A stretch of DNA of 32,000 nt from Trichodesmium erythraeum IMS101 (GCF_000014265.1 NC_008312.1:6840001-6872000); one strand, 5' to 3'. Positions 19,545 to 27,144 are shown, counted from the stretch's first letter. Numbers and translations are program-made. The notes: generated by a model not told the origin, from the sequence alone.

Positions 19545-20168
19545 ATGACTATAATTTCTCCTAGATATCTAAACCTAAAAATTATGAAGCTTAATCAAGA
19601 GTCTATTAGTGAAGAAATTAGGATTGAGTTAATACCTCTAATTGATGTAATTTTTTGTATTCTGACTTTCTTTCTTTTAGCTGCTTTGCAGTTAACCCGT
19701 CAACAAGCAATTAATGTTAATTTGCCAAAAGCTACCACAGGTAAACCTCAATCACAAGATATGTTACTTGTGAGTTTGGATGAAGTAGGAAAAACTTTTA
19801 TTGATAAACAACCTGTCAGTACTATAGAATTAGAAAAGTTTGTACGTAGATATAATAAGCTTTCTCCTAGGGGGGTTGTTGTATTATATGCTCCTAAGGA
19901 GGCCAAATATAATGATGTTGTGCAAGTTTTAGATTTGTTGCGAGAGGTGGGAGGCGATCGCGTGGCTCTAGCAACTTTGCCCGGTTCTCCTCAAACTGGT
20001 GCTGGTAATACTTCTGAGAATCCTGTGACTCCTTTTCAAGAAGATAACAAAAATAATCCAACAGGGACAACTGATGCTGATAATACTTCAGATAACTTGG
20101 TGACTCCTTCATTTCCAGGAAGAACTGTTGATCCTAATAAATATAAATTACCAAAAGCTCCTGAATAA
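19545..20168 (+). CDS. exbD: ExbD/TolR-family biopolymer transport protein
   Basis: ..IRIELIPLIDVIFCILTFFLLA.. TM signature and ..VVLYAPKEAKYNDVVQVLDLLREVG.. periplasmic domain. The real start may be the ATG at 19584 (MKLNQE). Long Pro/Thr/Asn-rich C-terminal tail. Confidence 0.8.
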   Translation: MTIISPRYLNLKIMKLNQESISEEIRIELIPLIDVIFCILTFFLLAALQLTRQQAINVNLPKATTGKPQSQDMLLVSLDEVGKTFIDKQPVSTIELEKFVRRYNKLSPRGVVVLYAPKEAKYNDVVQVLDLLREVGGDRVALATLPGSPQTGAGNTSENPVTPFQEDNKNNPTGTTDADNTSDNLVTPSFPGRTVDPNKYKLPKAPE

Positions 20169-20197
20169 TCTGAATCATCTACACAATAGGTTTATTT

Positions 20198-20232
20198 TAT
20201 TTGTCAATTGTTAGCTTCTATTTGTCAATTGT
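20198..20232. repeat. Two copies of TATTTGTCAATTGT spaced 21 bp start to start
   Basis: 20198-20211 and 20219-20232 are identical 14-mers, each containing the palindrome CAATTG. Confidence 0.9.
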
Positions 20233-20456
20233 CTGTTTTGAGCTGTTAATAATTTTCACCTTCGGTTGGTTCTGCTCCTTTATTAGTAGATCAGAAGCAG
20301 TAATGCTTAGTGCGGCGATAAGGCCCACTAGTAGTGGAGCAGGATGCTCCCACTACCATGGCTCATAATAAATATAATAATAATGGAGGACTATTCAAAT
20401 TTACCATCACCGACTTTTGAAGGAAACAGGTAATAGAATTCCCTACTCACTATTAT

Positions 20457-20780
20457 CTATTCTCTACTCCCTATATGATTTGAACCGACTTCGAGTAATT
20501 TTTCCAATCTTGCTGTTGACCAGTATTCTGTAGGGTAAGCGATCGCAAAAATAGAAGAAAGTCGAATTAACCAAGTCACCTGCTTAAAAGAATCATCTTC
20601 TTCGTCGTATTCATCTGGTGGCACTAGTACCATAATTTCTACAAAATCTTTTGTTAAAGTAACAGGAAAACCATAATAGGTTTCCTCGGCTTCGATGCGA
20701 ACTTTATTACCATTTTCTAATGCTTCTTGCAACCTTTGGTAGAGAAGATTAGACTTTTGACATTTGTCTTTTTTGGCCAC
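20457..20780 (-). CDS. Hypothetical acidic protein (107 aa)
   Basis: Clean ORF with GTG start and normal-looking composition, containing a HIP1 site (20539). I recognise no motif. Confidence 0.5.
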   Translation of the reverse strand: MAKKDKCQKSNLLYQRLQEALENGNKVRIEAEETYYGFPVTLTKDFVEIMVLVPPDEYDEEDDSFKQVTWLIRLSSIFAIAYPTEYWSTARLEKLLEVGSNHIGSRE

Positions 20781-21232
20781 AATTATTCTCCCTAAGTCTT
20801 AATCTGGCAATTTAGTACTTTTCAAAGCACCCATGTAAAACTGCGGAATTAACTCAGTAGCAGTCGCACTACTTTGCTACTCACCAAAGTTAATTGTCAA
20901 ATGCTACGCATTTAGGCCGCGGACATTGGTAAATTATGAAACTCATTCATAGATTACTTTTGCCTTTTTCCTACTCCCTCAAAAGGTTAAGGGGGCTGGA
21001 ACTTTAATTGGCGCCTAGTTTTTTATCTATTCTTAAGTTTTCACTTTGTTGGTAATTTGTTTGACTATCTTATCACTTAACTAAATTATGTTATTACAAA
21101 ATGTGTAAATGCCAACATCTCTAAAAATTAAACTTAATTTTTTTTTAGGTAAGTGTTAAGAATGTTTTAGCAAATGTCCCATTTTTAGATGAGTTTTAAA
21201 TTTGTTTACCATAAAAATTGATAATTGCTGGT

Positions 21233-21655
21233 TTATTTATCATAAAATTCGAGAATTATTCTAGTCATTGTTGCATAATTTTTGATAATTTCCATGGTTT
21301 GGGTCTGGGTATCTAATTTTTCTTGATTCACAGGAGCAAAATTGGTTAATAAGGTAGTTATTATTGCTATTGCTATTTTTAATAATCTATGCCATCTAAT
21401 TTTTGGTTTTCTTTCCCAGGGTATTTGATTATATTGAAAATAAATATCATCATTGGGGGACTTCAATAATAAAATGGGTTTATTACCGTGATTTTTGTTT
21501 TTCAAATGATGATTTTTTTTCGGATCACCTAATTTTGGCTTAAGTCTTAAAACATAATAGTTATTATTACTGTTGTATTGAATCAACAAGCAGTAATATT
21601 TTTTACATAGGTTTTGTTTTTTCATATTTTTTTTTCTAGAAATCTGTAATTTCAA
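21233..21655 (-). CDS. Hypothetical Lys/Asn-rich protein with one predicted TM helix (possibly starts at ATG 21625)
   Basis: ORF only, very AT-rich. Hydrophobic stretch LLKIAIAIITTLLTNFA. Divergent from the NTPase gene at 21868. It could be a chance ORF in AT-rich DNA. Confidence 0.3.
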   Translation of the reverse strand: MKLQISRKKNMKKQNLCKKYYCLLIQYNSNNNYYVLRLKPKLGDPKKNHHLKNKNHGNKPILLLKSPNDDIYFQYNQIPWERKPKIRWHRLLKIAIAIITTLLTNFAPVNQEKLDTQTQTMEIIKNYATMTRIILEFYDK

Positions 21656-21770
21656 GATATGAAATATTTTTTGATTCCGTAAGCCCCAAAAATTTCCCTC
21701 TGAAGAATCTGGTTAAGGGGAATTGGGGGAATATTATTTACCCTAGGCAAGTCAAAAGTTGAAATTTACA

Positions 21771-21784
21771 AGTCAAGAGTCAAG
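21771..21784. repeat. STRR-type heptamer repeat AGTCAAG x2 (degenerate third copy agtcaaa at 21750-21756)
   Basis: agtcaag agtcaag, about 85 bp upstream of the NTPase gene at 21868. Confidence 0.75.
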
Positions 21785-21867
21785 ATTCAAAAGTAAGAAA
21801 AAAGTGAGTTGGTATTAAAAGGTATATTTTTCGCTATACTAAGTAGGATCAAATATAAGTTTGGCTG

Positions 21868-22968
21868 ATGAATAATGGGCTACAATGGGATGATTTTCTG
21901 ATAATAATTGCTAATGAATATCGTTTGACTAAAGTAGAAAAAGAGTTCTTTTTTAAAAGATTTGCCAAGGAAAATTTGGAGAAGAAAGATGGAGAGATGT
22001 CTCGTCTTGTAATGGGGAATGATAGTCAGGAGCAAACTTATAGAAAACGAAAGAGTAATGTATATAAGAAATTTAAAGACATCATAAATCATGATGGAAA
22101 AGACAAGTTTCCAATCTTATTAAAAAAGTTAGAAAAAGAATATCAAAGTCGGTATTTTTCACAAGAAATTACTAAGTCTCCACTAGAACCTAAAAATAAA
22201 GTTTCTAATCCTTTTATTCCATTAAGTGGAGTTATAGATAATTCCTGGTTATTTTTTAATAGAGAGGAAGAAATTAATAGCATTTTTGAGGTACTTAATA
22301 GTGGTAGTAGTGTTGCTATTATTGGGGAGGGTGGAGTGGGAAAGTCTTCTCTTTTGAAGGCGATCGCTCAAAAAGCTGATAAATATCTTGAAAAACCTCG
22401 GAAGTCAATATATATAGATTTGCAAAATATTCAAAGTGATGATGATTTTTATACTGCTCTTTGTGAGAAGGTTGGTATTGAAATTTCTCGGGGATATCTG
22501 TTACAAAGAAATCTGAAGTTACACCGAATTTTGCTTTTGCTTGATGTGGTAGAAAATATTAGTTATGACTGGTTTACTAATAAATTGCGTAGTCAGTTAC
22601 GAGGGTTAGCAAGTAATTTTGAGCCTCCTTTACGTTTAGTTATTGCTGCTTCTAAATCATTGGATACTTTGTTTCCAGATAGCGGGGATAAAACTTCTCC
22701 ATTTGAAAATATTTGTATTGAAGAACATTTGAAACCTTGGAATGAAAAAACTATTCGTAATTTTATTAATGCTCGCCTTCAGGCTGATTTTTTGGAGCCA
22801 GAATATCAAGGAATTAAGTTTGGTGAGGATGAGATTTTACAAATTATTGAAAGTAGCAAAGGTTATCCCCGTAAAGTGATACATCAATGTCATGAATTAT
22901 TTAAGTCGAAGAGTTACAATTCTGGTTTGCTGAACAAGTCTTTTCAGGAGGGGGGAACTGAGTCTTAA
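21868..22968 (+). CDS. Small P-loop NTPase (STAND/archaeal-ATPase-like) with N-terminal HTH-like module
   Basis: Walker A IIGEGGVGKSSLL (G153 at 22324). Walker B RILLLLDVVE (D226 at 22543). ..SKGYPRKV.. resembles the GxP motif of STAND NTPases. N-terminal LTKVEKEFFFKRF...RKSNVYKKFKDI resembles a sigma70-region-4/LuxR-type HTH. Confidence 0.7.
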   Translation: MNNGLQWDDFLIIIANEYRLTKVEKEFFFKRFAKENLEKKDGEMSRLVMGNDSQEQTYRKRKSNVYKKFKDIINHDGKDKFPILLKKLEKEYQSRYFSQEITKSPLEPKNKVSNPFIPLSGVIDNSWLFFNREEEINSIFEVLNSGSSVAIIGEGGVGKSSLLKAIAQKADKYLEKPRKSIYIDLQNIQSDDDFYTALCEKVGIEISRGYLLQRNLKLHRILLLLDVVENISYDWFTNKLRSQLRGLASNFEPPLRLVIAASKSLDTLFPDSGDKTSPFENICIEEHLKPWNEKTIRNFINARLQADFLEPEYQGIKFGEDEILQIIESSKGYPRKVIHQCHELFKSKSYNSGLLNKSFQEGGTES

Positions 22969-23244
22969 CCTCTATTCCTGGAGAACCCACCCCTAACCCA
23001 GATCGTGGAGGGGGGTAAGTAAAAGCCTCTAAAACGTCTCTACAGAGGAACAGAGGATGTGTAAACCCCTAAATCGGACCCTGGAGGACCTGCCCCAAAT
23101 TCCGACTAGGAGGGGAAAGGTCGGTAGTCAGATACATTTGTCCTTTGATTTTTCTGCCATGGGAGTCCCTAAAATACCAACTTTTTGACTTTGAAGGACT
23201 GAAAACTAGGGACTAAAAAAAAGGCTAAGACTTTTATTTGTCAA

Positions 23245-23273
23245 TGCTTTTAGATTTAATCAGCTAGCCCTAA
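23245..23273 (+). promoter_or_regulatory. Shared upstream motif, copy 1 (45 bp upstream of the nuclease gene start)
   Basis: TGCTTTTAGATTTAATCAGCTAGCCCTAA versus copy 2 TGCTTTAATGTTTAATCAGCAAGCCCTAA: 25/29 identical, same orientation. Confidence 0.4.
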
Positions 23274-23290
23274 GAACCTGAGTCCTTATT

Positions 23291-23311
23291 TAATTTCTAA
23301 TTTCTAAATTC
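23291..23311. repeat. Heptamer repeat TAATTTC x3 (third copy taaattc)
   Basis: Lies immediately upstream of the nuclease gene ATG (23318). Confidence 0.75.
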
Positions 23312-23317
23312 TTAATT

Positions 23318-23929
23318 ATGTCCCAGCATTCTATTCTTCAGGAAAATAAGTCTTATACTTTCGGTTCTTATGTCGAGTTGCCTGATGAAACGGAAGATAT
23401 TTTGGCTGAGTTTAACTACAATTTTAAAAGAGCAAAATTTTCTTTGCCTACATCACATCGGCAGTTGAAGGGTTTACCGGAATTAGGCGGGCGAATAGAG
23501 GAAAGTTTGCCTTTGGTAAGTTTGAGTAGCGAGGCGGCACGGCCAGAAGTTTTAATTGCTCCGGTACTTTTGCAAGTGGCTCGCTATTGTCAATGTTGCC
23601 TCAGAATTGAATATCCTTTGAATATAAATGAACGATTAAAAAGTAATCTTGATTATTTACTACAAGCTAATTCTCAACTGTTAGTAATTGAGGCTAAAAA
23701 TGATGATATGACCGGAGGTTTTAGACAGTTAGCTGTTGAGTTAATTGCATTATCAGAATGGGAACGGGAACGGGATTTAATTTTTGGTTGTGTAACTATG
23801 GGAGAACTTTGGATATTTGGGTTTTTGGATAAAAAACAATGTTTAATTCAGCAAAATATTGATTCTTTGAGAGTTCCTGGAGATTTGGAGGTTTTAGTTG
23901 ATGTGCTTGTGGGGATTTTAGAAGGTTGA
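23318..23929 (+). CDS. Stand-alone PD-(D/E)xK nuclease-fold protein (HsdR_N-like)
   Basis: 203 aa. Motif LDYLL(x8)LLVIEAKNDD..GFRQL (D112, E125, K127, Q137; nt 23651-23698), followed by ..IFGCVTMGELWIFGFL... This matches the D...ExK...Q...TnG..W pattern of the type I restriction HsdR N-terminal nuclease domain. Confidence 0.6.
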   Translation: MSQHSILQENKSYTFGSYVELPDETEDILAEFNYNFKRAKFSLPTSHRQLKGLPELGGRIEESLPLVSLSSEAARPEVLIAPVLLQVARYCQCCLRIEYPLNINERLKSNLDYLLQANSQLLVIEAKNDDMTGGFRQLAVELIALSEWERERDLIFGCVTMGELWIFGFLDKKQCLIQQNIDSLRVPGDLEVLVDVLVGILEG

Positions 23930-23957
23930 AGGTATGGGTAAATTCTCTGTTTTTCTG

Positions 23958-23986
23958 TGCTTTAATGTTTAATCAGCAAGCCCTAA
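23958..23986 (+). promoter_or_regulatory. Shared upstream motif, copy 2 (162 bp upstream of the 918-aa gene start)
   Basis: See copy 1. The core TTTAATCAGC(A/T)AGCCCTAA is conserved. Confidence 0.4.
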
Positions 23987-24147
23987 TTAAACACTTATTA
24001 GTAAGAATATTTTTCTATGTTTTATAATGTTTTGGTGATATACTAAGATAAAAAAATTTATATTTTGAGGAAGGTAATTTATCTGCTGGTTGCTTTCCTG
24101 ACAACACTAAATATAGGTGATAGTGTGACTCTGCAGCAACTAATTAA

Positions 24148-26904
24148 TTGATGAAAAAAGATAATGACTCGGTTCCCCGTCTGGATCTAGCGCCACAGTT
24201 AAAGCGCCCCCTTTCTATTTGGAATCTTTTGGATTATTTGCGGTTGTTGTATTGGGTGTTTTTCTTTCCCCAGGCGTTGCCGTGGTATGTGGAAAAGCAT
24301 GGGGGGGGAGAAGGTTTGGCTGAACAAAAAACTTGGGAAAGCCAGTTAGAATTTCTGCGGCAGCATCCTAACCAGTTGAGGTTATTGTTTCAGGGATTAA
24401 TTTTGATTGTTTGTGTTCCTTTTTTGTTTTGTATGTTGCTGCAGCAAATAGGTTTTACTATTAATTGGTCCGACGTGGCGTTAGGCGTGGCGTTAGGCGT
24501 GGCGGTTGGCGTGGCGTTCGGCGTGGCGTTCGGCGTGTCGGAAGGCGTGGCGTTCGTCGTGGCGTTAGGCGTGGCGTTAGGCGTGGCGTTCGGCGTGGCG
24601 GTTGGCGTGGCGTTCGGCGTGGCGTTAGGCGTGGCGGGAGGCGTGGCGTTCGGCGTGGCGGTTGGCGTGGCGGTTGGCGTGGCGTTAGGCGTGGCGTACG
24701 GCGTGGCGGGAGGCGTGGCGTTAGGCGTGGCGTACGGCGTGGCGGTTGGCGTGGCGGTTGGCGTGGCGGGAGGCGTGGCGTTCGGCGTGGCGTTAGGCGT
24801 GGCGTTAGGCGTGGCGGTTGGCGTGGCGTTCGGCGTGGCGGTTGGCGTGGCGGTTGGCGTGGCGGTTGGCGTGGCGTTAGGCGTGGCGGTTGGCGTGGCG
24901 TTCGGCGTGGCAATGTGGCGTCCGGAAAACTGGTTAATTGGTGTGCCACTCAACTCGATCTCAATTCAAAATCGTAGTTTCCTCCTACCTAGAGTTACTC
25001 CTATTCCTTTACCCTTGCTAGAAACTCGCTTAAAACTTTGGTTGAAAAAAGATTGGCAACTAGGTCTAGAAAACATTGATCAGCTTTTAAAATATAGTTT
25101 ACAGTTTATTCCAGTGGTTAATGCTATTAATGAGGTGTTAGCAGAAATTCCCTCAGAACAGATAATTTATCGAATTTCTCAGCTAGCAGAACATCCCTAT
25201 GATTGGAAACTTGTAAAATTTGCCTCTGCATCTTTAGTGGAAGAGTTAAAATTAGAGTTTATTAAAGGATTAAATTGGTTTTTTTCTTTTATAAGTATAA
25301 GCACCTCGTCAGCACCAACTCGCTTAGATACTCCACCCCACGCAACAGCCGCAGGTTTCTGGCATCTCTACGAAAAAGAACCAAAAAAAGCAACAGCAGC
25401 GTTTGAGCAAGTACGGGATATCCTTTACGGCGAGGAAATGTTTCTACTAGCTCAAACCCTAACTCAATTTCAAACAGCAACATCTCCTGATACCATTGCC
25501 GAAATAAAAATTCCCAACTTTCCACCAGAACCTCATCTACGCCCCATCACCTGGAAAGCTATCAAAGACTTACATCGTGTTGTTGAAGATACCCGACTTA
25601 TTTTAACAGCAACCTCAAAGTCAGCTCGTTCCTTTGCCCTTGCCAGAGCTATCGGTCAATTAGCAGAAACCCTAAATAATGCAAACACACTTCCCCAAGC
25701 CGAAAAAGATTTAATTGTCGATATCGCTCAAAATTGGAAAGAAGCTTTAGAAAAAATTGCTAAAGATGTCGGAGATATATCTATTACTAAACCCGTAAAA
25801 AATCCCTACGTCATTGGGGACCCAGTAGAGGGAGACCTGTTTGTAGGTCGGGAAGATATTATGAGAGAACTTGAGCAACTGTGGGTTATGAGTTCTCAAG
25901 CACAGTCAGTTATGCTCTACGGTCATCGTCGCATGGGAAAAACATCAATTCTACGGAATATTGCCAAATCTTCCGGTGCAGATGCACAAGTTATTTATGT
26001 CGACCTCCAAAGTTTAGAAGCCATTTCCCTGGGAATGGGTGAAGTATTTTTAGCCATTAGTGATAGAATTTCAGATAATATAAGCCTTCCTTCACCAGAC
26101 ACAGAGGAACTACTAAGACTTCCCCAACGAACCTTTGAACTCTACTTAAAACAGGCAATTAAAAAATTAGACAACAAAAGCTTAATTATTGCCCTGGATG
26201 AATTTGAAAGTATTGAAAACCTAATCAACGCAGAACAACTTCCACCTAACTTCATGGCAGTATTACGGAGCTTCGTGCAGATGAGTCCGAAAATAGCCTT
26301 TGCCTTCGCCGGACTGCACACTCTCGAAGAAATGACACAAGATTACTTTCAGCCATTTTTTGCGGGCTTCATACCCATCCCGGTCAGTTTTTTGAACAAA
26401 GCCACAACCAGTCAACTCCTTGCCAACCCAGACCCAGACTTCCTCCTCGAATACGAACCAGAAGCAATGGATCGTATTTACGACCTAACATTCGGGCAAG
26501 CCTACCTGGTGCAACTCCTAGGATTTTTACTTGTCAGACGCTACAACAAGCAAGTATTCGAGGAAGGAAAACCCAAAAAAGGTATTTTTACCGTTGCCGA
26601 CGTGAATACCATTATTGAAGAAAATGAACTATTTGAAACAGGGCGCTATTATTTCACAGGAGTTTGGGGGCAAGCCGGGGAAAATGCACCAGGACAACAA
26701 AATATTCTCAGAGCTTTAGCCAACCATTCAGGAAACTGTAGCCGCGCCATGGTTCAGGAAGTTACAGGTTTAGAGCAAAAAATTATTAATGATGCTCTTG
26801 ATACCCTTTTTCGCCACGATGTCATAGTCGAAACGGAGGAAAACCTAAAATTTGCCGTAGAATTATTTCACCGTTGGGTAGTGAAATATCAACTTGAAAA
26901 ATAA
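24148..26904 (+). CDS. Membrane-anchored (GVAX)n glycine-zipper repeat protein fused to AAA ATPase (archaeal-ATPase/ORC-like) with winged-helix tail
   Basis: 918 aa. TM helix [20 protein letters not shown]. Residues 109-256 are 37 GVAX tetrapeptides. A ~300-aa helical linker follows. [28 protein letters not shown] + Walker [13 protein letters not shown] (25921-25947). Walker [11 protein letters not shown] (from 26182). C-terminal ..[41 protein letters not shown].. is wHTH-like. Confidence 0.8.
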   Translation: MMKKDNDSVPRLDLAPQLKRPLSIWNLLDYLRLLYWVFFFPQALPWYVEKHGGGEGLAEQKTWESQLEFLRQHPNQLRLLFQGLILIVCVPFLFCMLLQQIGFTINWSDVALGVALGVAVGVAFGVAFGVSEGVAFVVALGVALGVAFGVAVGVAFGVALGVAGGVAFGVAVGVAVGVALGVAYGVAGGVALGVAYGVAVGVAVGVAGGVAFGVALGVALGVAVGVAFGVAVGVAVGVAVGVALGVAVGVAFGVAMWRPENWLIGVPLNSISIQNRSFLLPRVTPIPLPLLETRLKLWLKKDWQLGLENIDQLLKYSLQFIPVVNAINEVLAEIPSEQIIYRISQLAEHPYDWKLVKFASASLVEELKLEFIKGLNWFFSFISISTSSAPTRLDTPPHATAAGFWHLYEKEPKKATAAFEQVRDILYGEEMFLLAQTLTQFQTATSPDTIAEIKIPNFPPEPHLRPITWKAIKDLHRVVEDTRLILTATSKSARSFALARAIGQLAETLNNANTLPQAEKDLIVDIAQNWKEALEKIAKDVGDISITKPVKNPYVIGDPVEGDLFVGREDIMRELEQLWVMSSQAQSVMLYGHRRMGKTSILRNIAKSSGADAQVIYVDLQSLEAISLGMGEVFLAISDRISDNISLPSPDTEELLRLPQRTFELYLKQAIKKLDNKSLIIALDEFESIENLINAEQLPPNFMAVLRSFVQMSPKIAFAFAGLHTLEEMTQDYFQPFFAGFIPIPVSFLNKATTSQLLANPDPDFLLEYEPEAMDRIYDLTFGQAYLVQLLGFLLVRRYNKQVFEEGKPKKGIFTVADVNTIIEENELFETGRYYFTGVWGQAGENAPGQQNILRALANHSGNCSRAMVQEVTGLEQKIINDALDTLFRHDVIVETEENLKFAVELFHRWVVKYQLEK
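24472..24915 (+). repeat. 37 tandem in-frame copies of a 12-bp unit GGCGTGGCG+NNN (NNN = tta/gtt/ttc/gga/tac, once gaa, once atg)
   Basis: Read unit by unit from the sequence. The only core deviations are gac (unit 1), tcg (unit 6), gtc (unit 8) and gca (unit 37). The core is 8/9 G+C in an AT-rich genome. Confidence 0.98.
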
Positions 26905-27116
26905 GATCAGATCCAGAACAGCAAATTCAAAAAAAGTCTTTATTTGTAGTTGAGTTTTAGCCCTGTTCTCATATCCTGTTGAACACTGACACTTGAGAGA
27001 ATTTGGTCAGGAGAAAGGATACAGTAAGCAGGAAGAAAGAAAAAGCATCTGGTCGGGGTTCGGGGTGGGTACATTTCCTGTTTTTCTGTAGGGAAGTTTT
27101 GGTAATTTCTTAGTAA

Positions 27117-27144
27117 GCATTCAGCTATCAGCATTCAGCACTCA
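27117..27144. repeat. Heptamer repeat GCATTCA-like x4
   Basis: gcattca gctatca gcattca gcactca. Confidence 0.75.

Noticed and set aside
20330-20355. The 12-13-nt string (g)atgctcccacta is shared between 4937-4949 and 20343-20355, both within hairpins at convergent gene ends.
   Set aside because: By rough estimate, a match of this length is expected by chance a few times in 32 kb, and the surrounding sequence does not align.
21039-21050. The 12-mer ttttcactttgt is shared with the interior of the IS (2661-2672), possibly a solo IS-end remnant marking an island border.
   Set aside because: The flanking sequence aligns poorly and the IS terminal repeat GGCTTTGTTG is not present, so this is consistent with a chance AT-rich match.
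24472-24915. Possible CRISPR array or non-coding minisatellite.
   Set aside because: The unit is only 12 bp with a 3-bp variable part, so there are no spacers. It is exactly in frame within a long ORF, and no cas genes are present.
24390-24977. Three long alternative-frame or antisense ORFs across the repeat (24390..24953 -, 24461..24949 -, 24465..24977 +) encoding TPNA, PPRQ/TPRR and RRGV repeats.
   Set aside because: They are automatic by-products of a 12-bp periodic sequence, which stays open in several frames. Only the + frame of ORF 24148..26904 continues into non-repetitive sequence with recognisable TM and ATPase domains on both sides.
26940-27134. 64-aa minus-strand ORF downstream of the 918-aa gene.
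   Set aside because: It has no motif, overlaps a heptamer repeat, and has no obvious RBS. It is probably a chance ORF.
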